Shown: positions 36,669 through 45,893 of the stretch, piece after piece
Layout of the letters: each line of letters begins with the position of its first letter
Numbering within the stretch: position 1 is the first letter of the stretch
Source: Spirochaetia bacterium
GTDB lineage: Bacteria; Spirochaetota; Spirochaetia; UBA9216
Direction of reading: 5' to 3'
Assembly: GCA_963675665.1 (NCBI GenBank)
Contig: OY776510.1
Span: 672,001 to 736,000 of the forward strand
DNA: 64,000 nt
Notes under the pieces: model-generated
What the model was told of the DNA's origin: nothing
Databases searched by the model: none
Seen by the model: the letters and a program-made list of their open reading frames with translations, nothing else
Translations under genes and position numbers: made by a program

Positions 36669-38690
36669 TCAGTACATCAGTTCTTTTGTTCTGTTCAGCA
36701 GTTCGATAAACTCCTGCCGGTAACCGTAACGATCATCTCCTTTTGCACCGGCTGCCCGGATAATAACATCATCTATATCAGCTTCGGGAATATATTCGGA
36801 ACCCCGCAGAATCATTCCCCATTCGGCAACCGCCGATGAAAAAAGGAAGTTGTTCGACGCTTCGGATAAAGGTTCCGGGCGGTTTTCTATAATTGTTTTA
36901 ACCAGAATGCTCTGTTCCTCATCCGGTCGTTTGTAACGGAATTTTATATCCGCCAGATCGGACGAGTCATTCGTACCCGGTATAATCTCGTATAATACGG
37001 TTATACTGTGCCCGGCACCGATTTCTCCCGCATCCTTTTTATCATCATCGAAATCTTCGGATGCCATCACCCGGTTTTCATACCCGACAAGACGATATGA
37101 ATCAACCGCGTCCGAATTAAAATCTATCTGTATTTTAACATCCTTTGCAATCGTCAGCAGGGTGCTGCTTAATTCCGTTACAAGAACCTTGTTCGCCTCG
37201 TTCAGTGTGTCTATGTATGCATAATTTCCGTTTCCGTTATCCGCGAGGGCTTCCATCCGCGCATCCTTGTAATTTCCCATACCGAGCCCGAGAACAGTCA
37301 GAAATATACCCTGGTCCCTGCGTTCTTCAATCATGTCCTTCAGTTCTGCTTCAGAACTCTGTCCGACATTGAAATCTCCGTCCGTAGCCAGAATAACCCT
37401 GTTGTTGCCGTCGGGAAAAAGGTTCCTTGCGGCAGTTTTATACGCCAGGTCAATTCCTTCGCCGCCGGCGGTTGATCCGCCCGCTTCAAGTTTGTCTAAT
37501 GCGCCGAGAATTTCAGCCTTCCGTGTTCCCGCTGTGGGCGGCAGAACAAGTCCTGCCGATCCGGCATAGGCAACAATGGACACTCGATCTTCCTGCCGCA
37601 GATTGTCAATCAGCAATGAAAGCGAATCTTTCAAAAGCGGCAGTTTGTTTTCATCCTGCATCGAACCCGAAGAATCAATAAGAAACACAATATTTGTGCG
37701 CGGCAGTTCTTCCCTGCTTACTTCATACCCCTGCAGACCTATATGCAGAAGCCGGTGGTCCCGGTTCCACGGACATACCGAAAGTTCGGTTGTAAAACTG
37801 AACGGGGTATTATCAGAAGGCTGAGGATAGTCATAATCAAAATAATTAATCAGCTCCTCAATTCGGACAGCATCCGGATCAGGCAGAAACCCGCTGTTAA
37901 TGAATCTTCTTGTATTCGAATATGACGCAGTATCCACATCAATTGAAAAAGTGGAGAGCGGCTCATCAGAAGTTCTGATAAAATCGTTTTCGGTTATGGG
38001 TTTATACTCCTCTCCTCCGAAAACCCCTTCAGTTTCATCATTCAAAGGCATTTCCAGCTCTTCAGAATCATATTCCATCTTTGCCGATGAAGCCACATCA
38101 AAAAACAAATCATCGGCTTCCGGCATTACAGGAGCTGCTGCAGACACCGAAGAGGCGGCGTCCCTTCGTTCAGAAGCCGAAACAATAACGCTGTCAGGGG
38201 GGGCCTGCGGTTTTTCGGATTTCTTATTCTCAGCCGGAACCGTTTGCGATAAAGCCTCAGTATGGGCCTCTTTACCGGGAGAAACAGCTTTTTCATCAGT
38301 CTTCGCAAAAAGTTCAACTGACTCTTCCCTGTAGGGTTCCTCGTAGGCCTGTTCAGAGGCAGTCATACGATCAGGACTCATCACATCTGCTATGAACCCC
38401 GGTCTGACTGCAAATGAAAGCGCTACAATGACTGCGGCAGCTATGCCGGCGGCGCTCACTACAGCTTTCCTGTGAATAATAAAAAATCCTGCCCGGGTTT
38501 TTTCTTCTTTTTTCTTTTCCGCCAGCCTTTCCAGTAATTCCGACCTCAGTCTTTCCTTGAAATCTTCATCATATTCCGCTTCAGGCTTCTGTTCGGCGAA
38601 TTTTTTAATTATTTTTTTCAACTCAGCCTCCTCCGATCGCAACGCAGGATCAAGTCTGTATAAATCTTCAAGAATCTTTTTAATATCCAT
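36669..38690 (-). CDS. Membrane-anchored vWA protein (YfbK-like) with N-terminal anti-sigma-like region
   Basis: STFSIDVDTASY, VRIEELINYF, MIDAS DSSGSM, LATDGDFNVG, TIAKDVKIQ, GYENR; single TM after a helical N-terminus. Confidence 0.88.
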   Translation of the reverse strand: MDIKKILEDLYRLDPALRSEEAELKKIIKKFAEQKPEAEYDEDFKERLRSELLERLAEKKKEEKTRAGFFIIHRKAVVSAAGIAAAVIVALSFAVRPGFIADVMSPDRMTASEQAYEEPYREESVELFAKTDEKAVSPGKEAHTEALSQTVPAENKKSEKPQAPPDSVIVSASERRDAASSVSAAAPVMPEADDLFFDVASSAKMEYDSEELEMPLNDETEGVFGGEEYKPITENDFIRTSDEPLSTFSIDVDTASYSNTRRFINSGFLPDPDAVRIEELINYFDYDYPQPSDNTPFSFTTELSVCPWNRDHRLLHIGLQGYEVSREELPRTNIVFLIDSSGSMQDENKLPLLKDSLSLLIDNLRQEDRVSIVAYAGSAGLVLPPTAGTRKAEILGALDKLEAGGSTAGGEGIDLAYKTAARNLFPDGNNRVILATDGDFNVGQSSEAELKDMIEERRDQGIFLTVLGLGMGNYKDARMEALADNGNGNYAYIDTLNEANKVLVTELSSTLLTIAKDVKIQIDFNSDAVDSYRLVGYENRVMASEDFDDDKKDAGEIGAGHSITVLYEIIPGTNDSSDLADIKFRYKRPDEEQSILVKTIIENRPEPLSEASNNFLFSSAVAEWGMILRGSEYIPEADIDDVIIRAAGAKGDDRYGYRQEFIELLNRTKELMY

Positions 38691-38701
38691 CTTCGTCTCC
38701 T

Positions 38702-39274
38702 TCAAATCACAGTTTTTCCAAAGATGACGAACAGTATCAGAATTGAAAAAGGCACGGAATCTCTAAGCAGTTTAAGCGTTCGGCTGAATCCCATCTTGCA
38801 TGAGGCTTCGGATTTTCCGGTCAGCTCCGCAATCTCACGGAAGCTGAGTTCGTCCCAGACCCTCATAATTATCAGGTTTCGATTGTCAGCAGGAAGACTG
38901 TCCAGCACCGGCTTAAGCTTTTCCCAGTAAAGCCTGTTATGCACATCAACTACATGATCTTCGTTAGAAGGCACATCCCAGACGCCGGAATGAAATTCGA
39001 GTCTGCCGGCAGTTCGAAAATAATCCGTAATTGAGTTGGAAGCTATCCGGTACAGCCATCCGCTGAAAGCGCCTTTTTCGGGCTTGTACGTTTCAAGCCT
39101 GTCCAGTGCTTTCAGAAATGTTTTTGAACACAGATCTTCCGCCGTTTCACGGTTTAATGTTCGGTAATAGATATAACGGTATATCCGGTCAAAAAACATT
39201 TCATACAGCTTCCCGAAGGCTCCAGAATTTCCTTCTGCAGCTGATAGTGCCAGTTTTTCAGGATTATTCTCCAT
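38702..39274 (-). CDS. ECF-type RNA polymerase sigma factor
   Basis: AFGKLYE, AEDLCSKTF, FSGWLYRIASN, LSFREIAELTG. Confidence 0.93.
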   Translation of the reverse strand: MENNPEKLALSAAEGNSGAFGKLYEMFFDRIYRYIYYRTLNRETAEDLCSKTFLKALDRLETYKPEKGAFSGWLYRIASNSITDYFRTAGRLEFHSGVWDVPSNEDHVVDVHNRLYWEKLKPVLDSLPADNRNLIIMRVWDELSFREIAELTGKSEASCKMGFSRTLKLLRDSVPFSILILFVIFGKTVI

Positions 39275-39310
39275 GCATTTCACATCCTTTTTTCTGTTCG
39301 TCAATTATAC

Positions 39311-39336
39311 TACGCAGTTTCTGCAATGTGGTAACA
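39311..39336 (-). promoter_or_regulatory. Candidate autoregulatory ECF promoter
   Basis: Minus strand TGTTAC-N16-CGTA, similar to SigW/SigX-type TG(A/T)AAC-N16-CGTA, upstream of the ECF gene. Confidence 0.55.
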
Positions 39337-39488
39337 CAGAAAATTAAAAAATTTGAACCCTGTCAGTTTTTTATATATATTATTATCTATATATCAATCG
39401 CATTCATACACTGAAAAAAAGATTTTTCCTTCTTTTTTAAATTGAATTGTGGTAAATTCTTATAGTAATAAACAGAGGAGAATAACAA

Positions 39489-40433
39489 ATGAGAAAGATA
39501 GTTATTGTCGGCTCCGGCCCAGCCGGACATACTGCCGGAATATATGCGGCCCGCGCAGGGCTCGAACCGCTTCTGTATGAAGGTTGGATGGCGGGGGGAA
39601 TTGCTCCCGGAGGACAGCTCACAACAACCGGCTCGGTTGAAAATTTTCCGGGTTTTCCGGACGGGGTCGGAGGAACCGAACTGACTATGATGATGCGGGC
39701 CCAGTCGGTCAATACCGGTGTAGAAATTCTCACGGAAACAGTTGAATCCGCAGATCTGTCAAAGCGACCATTCAGGATTAAAACCTCTGATTCGGAAGTT
39801 GAAGCAGAGACAGTAATAATTGCAACCGGTGCAATAGCCAGACGGATGAGAGTCCCGCACGAAGACGACTTCTGGCAGCGCGGCATTTCCGCATGTGCCG
39901 TATGCGACGGGGCCCTGCCGGTATTCAGAGACCAGCCCCTTGTCGTAATCGGCGGCGGAGATTCCGCAATGGAAGAAGCAATGCATTTGTCCAAATTCGG
40001 CAGCAAGGTATATATTGTACACCGCCGGGACCAGCTCCGCGCCAGCAAAGCCATGCAGGAGCGTGTCCTTGCAAACCCTAAAATAGAAGTTCTTTGGAGC
40101 ACAACCCTCGTTGATGTAAAGGGAGACAAGGCTTTAACCCATGTGGTGCTTCAGGATGTTAAAACCGGCCGTGAATACGATCATGAAGCCAAAGGATTGT
40201 TTTACGCAATCGGGCACAAGCCCAATACGGATTTTCTCGCCGGTCAGCTGAAAACAGACGATGAAAGCTATATAATCACTGTAGCAGGTTCAACCGCAAC
40301 CTCGGTTCCGGGTGTTTTTGCAGCCGGAGATGTTCAGGATAAAAAATTCAGACAGGCAATAACTTCTGCCGGAACAGGGTGTATGGCCGCGCTTGAAGCT
40401 GAAAAGTTTTTAAATGAGAACCCTCTGCAATAA
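39489..40433 (+). CDS. trxB: Thioredoxin-disulfide reductase
   Basis: GSGPAG, GGQLTTT..VENFPGF, SACAVCDG, GGGDSAMEEA, HRRD, FAAGDV, RQAITSAG. Confidence 0.97.
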   Translation: MRKIVIVGSGPAGHTAGIYAARAGLEPLLYEGWMAGGIAPGGQLTTTGSVENFPGFPDGVGGTELTMMMRAQSVNTGVEILTETVESADLSKRPFRIKTSDSEVEAETVIIATGAIARRMRVPHEDDFWQRGISACAVCDGALPVFRDQPLVVIGGGDSAMEEAMHLSKFGSKVYIVHRRDQLRASKAMQERVLANPKIEVLWSTTLVDVKGDKALTHVVLQDVKTGREYDHEAKGLFYAIGHKPNTDFLAGQLKTDDESYIITVAGSTATSVPGVFAAGDVQDKKFRQAITSAGTGCMAALEAEKFLNENPLQ

Positions 40434-40439
40434 TTATAT

Positions 40440-40467
40440 TAAAGTTAAGAGGCTGTTCAGCCGATAA
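40440..40467 (+). promoter_or_regulatory. sigma28 (FliA/SigD)-type promoter
   Basis: TAAA-N16-GCCGATAA, 21 nt upstream of ATG 40489. Confidence 0.75.
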
Positions 40468-40488
40468 TGATTCGGGGAGTGCTGTTTA

Positions 40489-42495
40489 ATGGCAAAACAT
40501 CAGCCTGAGAAATATAATCCCGGAGAACTCAACCGAACCAGGTTCAATCTTGGAGAACTTTCGAGAGAAGAAGCGGACAGAATGGCTGAAATTCTGGGGG
40601 GCGAAATCGGTATTGAAAAAACCGATGAAGCCCTTCAGCAGAAATATGAAAAACTGAGAGACACTTCTGTTTCCCGGACTTACAGAAACAAACAGCAGCC
40701 TTCCGCCGGTGTAACTGCTGCACAGGCAAAAAAGCCCGATCGTGAAATCTCCCCTGAATCCGGGCCGAAAAAGAAGATTTCCATATCAGACGGAAAAGCC
40801 TTTACCGGACATTATAAAATAAAAAAAAGACATACAAAAAAAATCGGATATTTTGACAGAATAAAAATAGATCGCATAGCATCAAGACCGGAACACAGGG
40901 TAAAAACAAAAGCGGCGGCTATATCATCATATTTCAGTTTTATAATGAAGAACCGCGATACTATAAACCCCGAGTTTCTCCTGGAAGGAGACAGGTATTA
41001 TTATAAACATATAGAGATTCTTGTTACTTCTTTAAAATCACTCCTGAAACAGGTCAGCCCGGCTGTTTTTAAAACTTATATCAATCCTTTCTACAGAGAC
41101 ATCATAAAAATATTAATCAGCTGGGAACTGAATGAGCTGAACAGCAGTCTTTCTTCATTGCAGAAATCGCCCCACGGAAGAGACGTCGGAGATTGCGAAC
41201 AAATATGCAGACTTATTTACACCCCAATCTTCAAAATGGGGGGAATAGATATTAAATATCTTTTCGCTGCGGCAGACAGGCTTTACAAGGTTCTTCTGGT
41301 GATTTACAGCGAAGATCCTGAAGAGATGGTAAATATAAAAAACAGGTATCTCGATGTACGTGAAAATATCAGGGTTGTTTTCCGTGATGTCGCCTACACC
41401 TGCTATCCGCTGCTGCTTAAACTGACCAGTACAAAATTCTTTTATTTCCGTGAATTTCTAAAACAGAACAGGGACCAGATTGATAAATTTCTGGATATCT
41501 CCCGCGAAAACACTCTTTCCATTCCCGACAGTATTGAAGAACTTGATAAAAAACAGTTTTCACTCAGTCATCTGAAAAAAAAGCTGGAAAAAGAAAAAGA
41601 GGAATGTATTGAAAAAACACGCCAGGAAGAAAACCCCCGCAACGAAGCGGAAATTCTAAAATCGCCGGAGCTTCTGGAAATGCTGTTTCCTGAATCAGAC
41701 TGGAAAAAATACGGGGAATTCCCTGATTTTTATCCATATTTCCAGCCGCTCTATAAATTCCCGAAGGGAACGGAATTGATAGCATCGGAAGACCCGCTGC
41801 AGCAGATAATTGTTCTTGCGGCAATAATTCAGGACCTGTTGTACGGTTTCAGAAGCATAAAGATTCTGTCGGAGCACGGTGAAATTATAAATAAAACAAT
41901 TGATCGATGGCATATGTTCATTGACGAAATGATTCAAAAGAATTATTTGAAACTTATTGTTGAATATTGCAGAAATATAGAAAAAGGAACCGAATATACC
42001 ACCAGTAAATTCGGGCAGAAATTACTTACCGATATATACTGGTTTAAACGGAAGTTCATTTTGCCTTACATGAAATTCAAGGTGTTATACAGATCGGACT
42101 CAATCCCGCTGAAATCTTCGAAATTTCATGAAGAAGTAAAGGGTTTTTATAGAGGGCTGCATGATTTGATGGAAGAATTCGACAACAGCACAAACCGCAA
42201 TTCGGTTATAGAAAACTACGACAGCCCTTTTCATTTTGAGATAAAAAATATTACAAGCTTCAGACTGAAGAAAATTCTGCAGAAAGACAATATCGCGCCG
42301 ACAAACGAAAACCTGATCCGGTACAGTATGATGATTGTGTCCTTTCTGGATTTTCTTCTTAACAGCTGCAACAGCCCGTATTACACCCTTCCGACGGAAG
42401 AAATACCTGTGTACAGATATGATCCTGTTTATCAGGGAAAGCCCCGTTATTCGGTTCCGCTGACAGATACCGAAACCCTTTTGAAAAAGTATTAA
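40489..42495 (+). CDS. Hypothetical protein, 668 aa, spirochaete-type, soluble and helical
   Basis: Long ORF with GGGGAG RBS; N-terminal YNPGELNRTR..LGGEIGIE; no recognisable catalytic motif. Confidence 0.75.
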   Translation: MAKHQPEKYNPGELNRTRFNLGELSREEADRMAEILGGEIGIEKTDEALQQKYEKLRDTSVSRTYRNKQQPSAGVTAAQAKKPDREISPESGPKKKISISDGKAFTGHYKIKKRHTKKIGYFDRIKIDRIASRPEHRVKTKAAAISSYFSFIMKNRDTINPEFLLEGDRYYYKHIEILVTSLKSLLKQVSPAVFKTYINPFYRDIIKILISWELNELNSSLSSLQKSPHGRDVGDCEQICRLIYTPIFKMGGIDIKYLFAAADRLYKVLLVIYSEDPEEMVNIKNRYLDVRENIRVVFRDVAYTCYPLLLKLTSTKFFYFREFLKQNRDQIDKFLDISRENTLSIPDSIEELDKKQFSLSHLKKKLEKEKEECIEKTRQEENPRNEAEILKSPELLEMLFPESDWKKYGEFPDFYPYFQPLYKFPKGTELIASEDPLQQIIVLAAIIQDLLYGFRSIKILSEHGEIINKTIDRWHMFIDEMIQKNYLKLIVEYCRNIEKGTEYTTSKFGQKLLTDIYWFKRKFILPYMKFKVLYRSDSIPLKSSKFHEEVKGFYRGLHDLMEEFDNSTNRNSVIENYDSPFHFEIKNITSFRLKKILQKDNIAPTNENLIRYSMMIVSFLDFLLNSCNSPYYTLPTEEIPVYRYDPVYQGKPRYSVPLTDTETLLKKY

Positions 42496-42595
42496 TTAAC
42501 CCTGACAAACACATGGTCCTGTGACTTTTCCGATTAAAATTTGTATGATACACTTACGGTATATCATAAATCGTATATTACAGAGAGGGGAACAA

Positions 42596-43459
42596 ATGAA
42601 AGAATATCTTGATCTCGTTGATTATGTACTTAAAAACGGCGAATTGAAAAAGAACCGAACCGGCACTGATACGCTGAGCTGTTTTGCCTATTTTTACAAA
42701 ATCAGTCTTGCTGAAGGATACCCTCTTCTGACTACCAAAAAAATTCTGTTCAGCTCCATGCTTTATGAACTTTTCTGGTATCTTTCCGGTGATGAACATA
42801 TAAGGGAACTGAGAAAACATACAAAGATATGGGACGCATGGGCTGACGAAGAAGGCCGGCTTGAAACAGCATACGGCCGTTTCTGGAGGCGCTTTCCGGT
42901 CCCGGAAAACGGGCTTCCGGGTGAAAACTGGGGAACAAAATGGGTCCATCGGGACGAATCTTCCGGCAGCCTTGTTTTTGACCAGATAAGTTACATTATA
43001 GACACCCTTAAGGAAATCAGGAAAAACCCGGAAACCCCAAACCTGAGACGAATGATAGTTTCGGCATGGCATCCGGGGAATGCCGCCGAAAGCAAACTGC
43101 CGCCCTGCCATTATACATTCTGTTTTAACGTAACCGGCAACAAACTCAACTGTCACCTCACTCAGCGCTCAGCCGACATTGCACTTGGAGTTCCTTTCAA
43201 CATTGCCTGTTACAGTCTGCTGACCTTTTTGCTGGCCCGGGAAACAGGCTTTGAAGCCGGTGAATTCGCACATACACTAATCGACGCACATATATATGTG
43301 GACCATATTGACGGACTGAAAACCCAGTTGCAAAGAACACCGGCCGCGCGGCCTAGACTGGTAATTGCCGACAAACCGCTGCTTGAAATGACTTTTGAAG
43401 ACATAAAGCTCGAAGGTTATAACCCTCAGCCGTTTATTAAATTCCCGGTAGCTGTATAA
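42596..43459 (+). CDS. thyA: Thymidylate synthase
   Basis: NRTGT, PLLTTKK, IWDAWA, RRMIVSAW, LPPCH, QRSAD..LGVPFN, AHIY. Confidence 0.97.
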   Translation: MKEYLDLVDYVLKNGELKKNRTGTDTLSCFAYFYKISLAEGYPLLTTKKILFSSMLYELFWYLSGDEHIRELRKHTKIWDAWADEEGRLETAYGRFWRRFPVPENGLPGENWGTKWVHRDESSGSLVFDQISYIIDTLKEIRKNPETPNLRRMIVSAWHPGNAAESKLPPCHYTFCFNVTGNKLNCHLTQRSADIALGVPFNIACYSLLTFLLARETGFEAGEFAHTLIDAHIYVDHIDGLKTQLQRTPAARPRLVIADKPLLEMTFEDIKLEGYNPQPFIKFPVAV

Positions 43460-43460
43460 A

Positions 43461-44717
43461 GTGATCATGTTCATTCTGACAGCAGTTTCATGTACTGCTG
43501 CAATTTCAACAGCCGTTTTGCATTTTAAATATATCCGCAAGAAAAAGAACATTGAAACAATACGATCCAGGGTCAATCACGATCTTCGTTCTCCGCTGAA
43601 CGCAATTCTTGGTTTTTCGGACCTGCTTCTGCAGGGAGAGAAAAACCAGGAAAAGATTAAATTTTTAAACGCGATCAAGTCGGGCGGAGAATCTCTTCTT
43701 TCGACTATTGAAGATCTTGCAGTGAAAATTCACAACAACCATCCTCCGGACAACAAGCAAATGCCGACGCTTAACCGTATAAATTCAGAACTCAGATTTT
43801 CAGACAGTCTTGAAAATTCATCAGAACCGCTGATTATGATCGTCGACGACATAGTTGAGAATATAATCTTCCTGGAAAAGATTCTTCAAAAATCCGGGTT
43901 CAGAACCATATCGGCATTAAGCGGAGACGCTGCGCTTGATCTTCTGACCGAATATACTCCCGACCTTATTCTTCTAGACATCGTAATGCCGGAAATGAAC
44001 GGGTTTGAAACATGCTCAAGAATTCAGAGCAACAAGGATTTTATCGATATTCCGGTTATTTTTCTCAGCGCCCAAAAAGATGAAAAAACAATTATAGAAA
44101 GTTTTATTTACGGCGGAATCGACTATGTCGTAAAACCGTTCAACAGCCCGGAACTTCTTGCAAGGGTCAACACTCATCTGCAGCTGAAAATAGCGAAGGA
44201 AGAACTTCATAAACTGGCATTTTCCGATTCGCTTACCGGACTGTTCAACAGGAGAAAATTTATAGAAACCCTGGACCAGGAGAGAGCAAGGGCATCACGT
44301 TACAATGAAAAACTTTCATTTATTATGGCGGATATCGATCATTTTAAAAAAGTAAACGACACGTACGGTCATGATATCGGGGACAAAGCCCTTATAAGAT
44401 TTGCCGGAATTCTTAAAAGCAGCCTTAGAGAGACCGATTCCGCCGGCAGACTCGGGGGCGAGGAGTTCGGAATAATTCTGCCCCAGACCGACATCAAGCA
44501 GGCTGAAATAGTGGCCGAGCGTATCCGTTCCAGGGTTGAAAAGGAATCAGGGTCGGAAATAGAAGGCATCCCTTTCTGTACCGCCAGTTTCGGCATTGCC
44601 CAGTTTCATGAGAAGCGTGACAGCTCTTCCATGCTTACACAGGACGCAGACAAAGCTCTTTATATGGCAAAAACAAACGGACGCAACAGAATCTGCAAGT
44701 CCGGCGAGGCAGAATAA
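43461..44717 (+). CDS. Diguanylate cyclase, TM-HisKA-REC-GGDEF, without an HATPase domain
   Basis: HDLRSPLNAILGF; IVDD..LLDIVMP..KPF; DSLTGLFNRR, DIDHFKKVND, RETD I-site, GGEEF. Confidence 0.9.
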   Translation: MIMFILTAVSCTAAISTAVLHFKYIRKKKNIETIRSRVNHDLRSPLNAILGFSDLLLQGEKNQEKIKFLNAIKSGGESLLSTIEDLAVKIHNNHPPDNKQMPTLNRINSELRFSDSLENSSEPLIMIVDDIVENIIFLEKILQKSGFRTISALSGDAALDLLTEYTPDLILLDIVMPEMNGFETCSRIQSNKDFIDIPVIFLSAQKDEKTIIESFIYGGIDYVVKPFNSPELLARVNTHLQLKIAKEELHKLAFSDSLTGLFNRRKFIETLDQERARASRYNEKLSFIMADIDHFKKVNDTYGHDIGDKALIRFAGILKSSLRETDSAGRLGGEEFGIILPQTDIKQAEIVAERIRSRVEKESGSEIEGIPFCTASFGIAQFHEKRDSSSMLTQDADKALYMAKTNGRNRICKSGEAE

Positions 44718-44718
44718 C

Positions 44719-45222
44719 ATGATTTCATACAACATTATTGCGGCTGTATCGGACAACCTTGCCATCGGAAAGGGCAATAAAATGCCCTGGCATCTTCCTG
44801 AAGATTTAAGCCTCTTCAAACGCCTGACAATCGGAAATATAATAATCATGGGAAGAAAGACTTATGAATCCATCGGAAAGCCTCTTCCCGGAAGAGAGAC
44901 TTTTGTAGTTACCGGGTCTCCGGAGGCTTTTCTCAGCGATAAACCGTATGAAAACCTGTCGGCCTTTAATTCACTTCAAACCGCAATTGATCAGGCAGAA
45001 AAACAGAGGACAGCTGTTCCGAAAGGGATATTTATAGCCGGAGGGGCCAGCATATATGCACAGGCACTCGACGGAGCCTCGAGACTTTACCTTTCAAGGG
45101 TAAGCGGAGAATTTGAAGCAGACACTTTTTTCCCGGAATTCAGAACGGAAAACTGGCAGCTTGAATCAACAGAGCAATTTGAAACGTTCAGACTTGAGAT
45201 ATGGGAAAATACCCGGCTCTGA
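44719..45222 (+). CDS. folA: Dihydrofolate reductase
   Basis: IIAAV, IGKGNKMPWHLPEDL..FK, IMGRKTYESIGKPLPGR, IAGGASIY, DTFFP; start ATG 44719. Confidence 0.95.
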   Translation: MISYNIIAAVSDNLAIGKGNKMPWHLPEDLSLFKRLTIGNIIIMGRKTYESIGKPLPGRETFVVTGSPEAFLSDKPYENLSAFNSLQTAIDQAEKQRTAVPKGIFIAGGASIYAQALDGASRLYLSRVSGEFEADTFFPEFRTENWQLESTEQFETFRLEIWENTRL

Positions 45223-45230
45223 TCTCATAA

Positions 45231-45827
45231 TTAATCAGAAAAGACAATTTCTGCCCGGCCGGAACTTGCATCTGCCACAGCCTCAGACAGGGATTCCGCT
45301 TTTCCCTCCGGTACAAGTCCGGAAATATCCACACCGGTACCGAAGGCTTCATCTTCTATCATGCAGCAGTGTTCAAGAATTATCGTCTTCAGCGGCTGAT
45401 AAAAATGATAATCGGCCGAAACAGAAAAAGACCGGTATTTAACAAGTTCGGTAACAGCCAGCCTGTCCAGGGCCCCGGCCGCAGATTCCGAATAGGCTTT
45501 TACCAGTCCGCCGGTACCGAGTTTTGTCCCTCCGAAGTAACGAACGATTGTTAACATTATATTTGTTATGCCGCGGCCCTTGAGTACTTCCAGAGCCGGT
45601 TTTCCCGAGGTTCCCGAAGGTTCGCCGTCGTCGCTCATTCCCATATACTGGCGTTGGTCCCCGGTTATAAATGCGTGCACAACATGGGAGGCATCCGGAT
45701 GTTCCAGGCGTTTGCTCTTCAACAGCTCCCGGGCAGCCTCCGGCGAGTTAACCGGCTGCGTCTCCGCAATAAAGTGCGATTTTTTTATTATCAGTTCGAA
45801 TAATGAAGTACCGTCGGGTATCAGCAT
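45231..45827 (-). CDS. yigZ: YigZ/IMPACT-family protein
   Basis: IKKSHF, ASH, SDDGEPSGTSG, VRYFGGTKLGTGGLVKAY. Confidence 0.93.
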   Translation of the reverse strand: MLIPDGTSLFELIIKKSHFIAETQPVNSPEAARELLKSKRLEHPDASHVVHAFITGDQRQYMGMSDDGEPSGTSGKPALEVLKGRGITNIMLTIVRYFGGTKLGTGGLVKAYSESAAGALDRLAVTELVKYRSFSVSADYHFYQPLKTIILEHCCMIEDEAFGTGVDISGLVPEGKAESLSEAVADASSGRAEIVFSD

Positions 45828-45893
45828 ACCGGTATTTTAACTTAATTATCCCCCCATTGTCGAGGAACTGCATTAAGGATATAGTTTTACACA

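Noticed and set aside
40489-42495. Cytoplasmic filament protein CfpA
   Set aside because: Similar size only; I do not recognise CfpA sequence features, so it is left as hypothetical.
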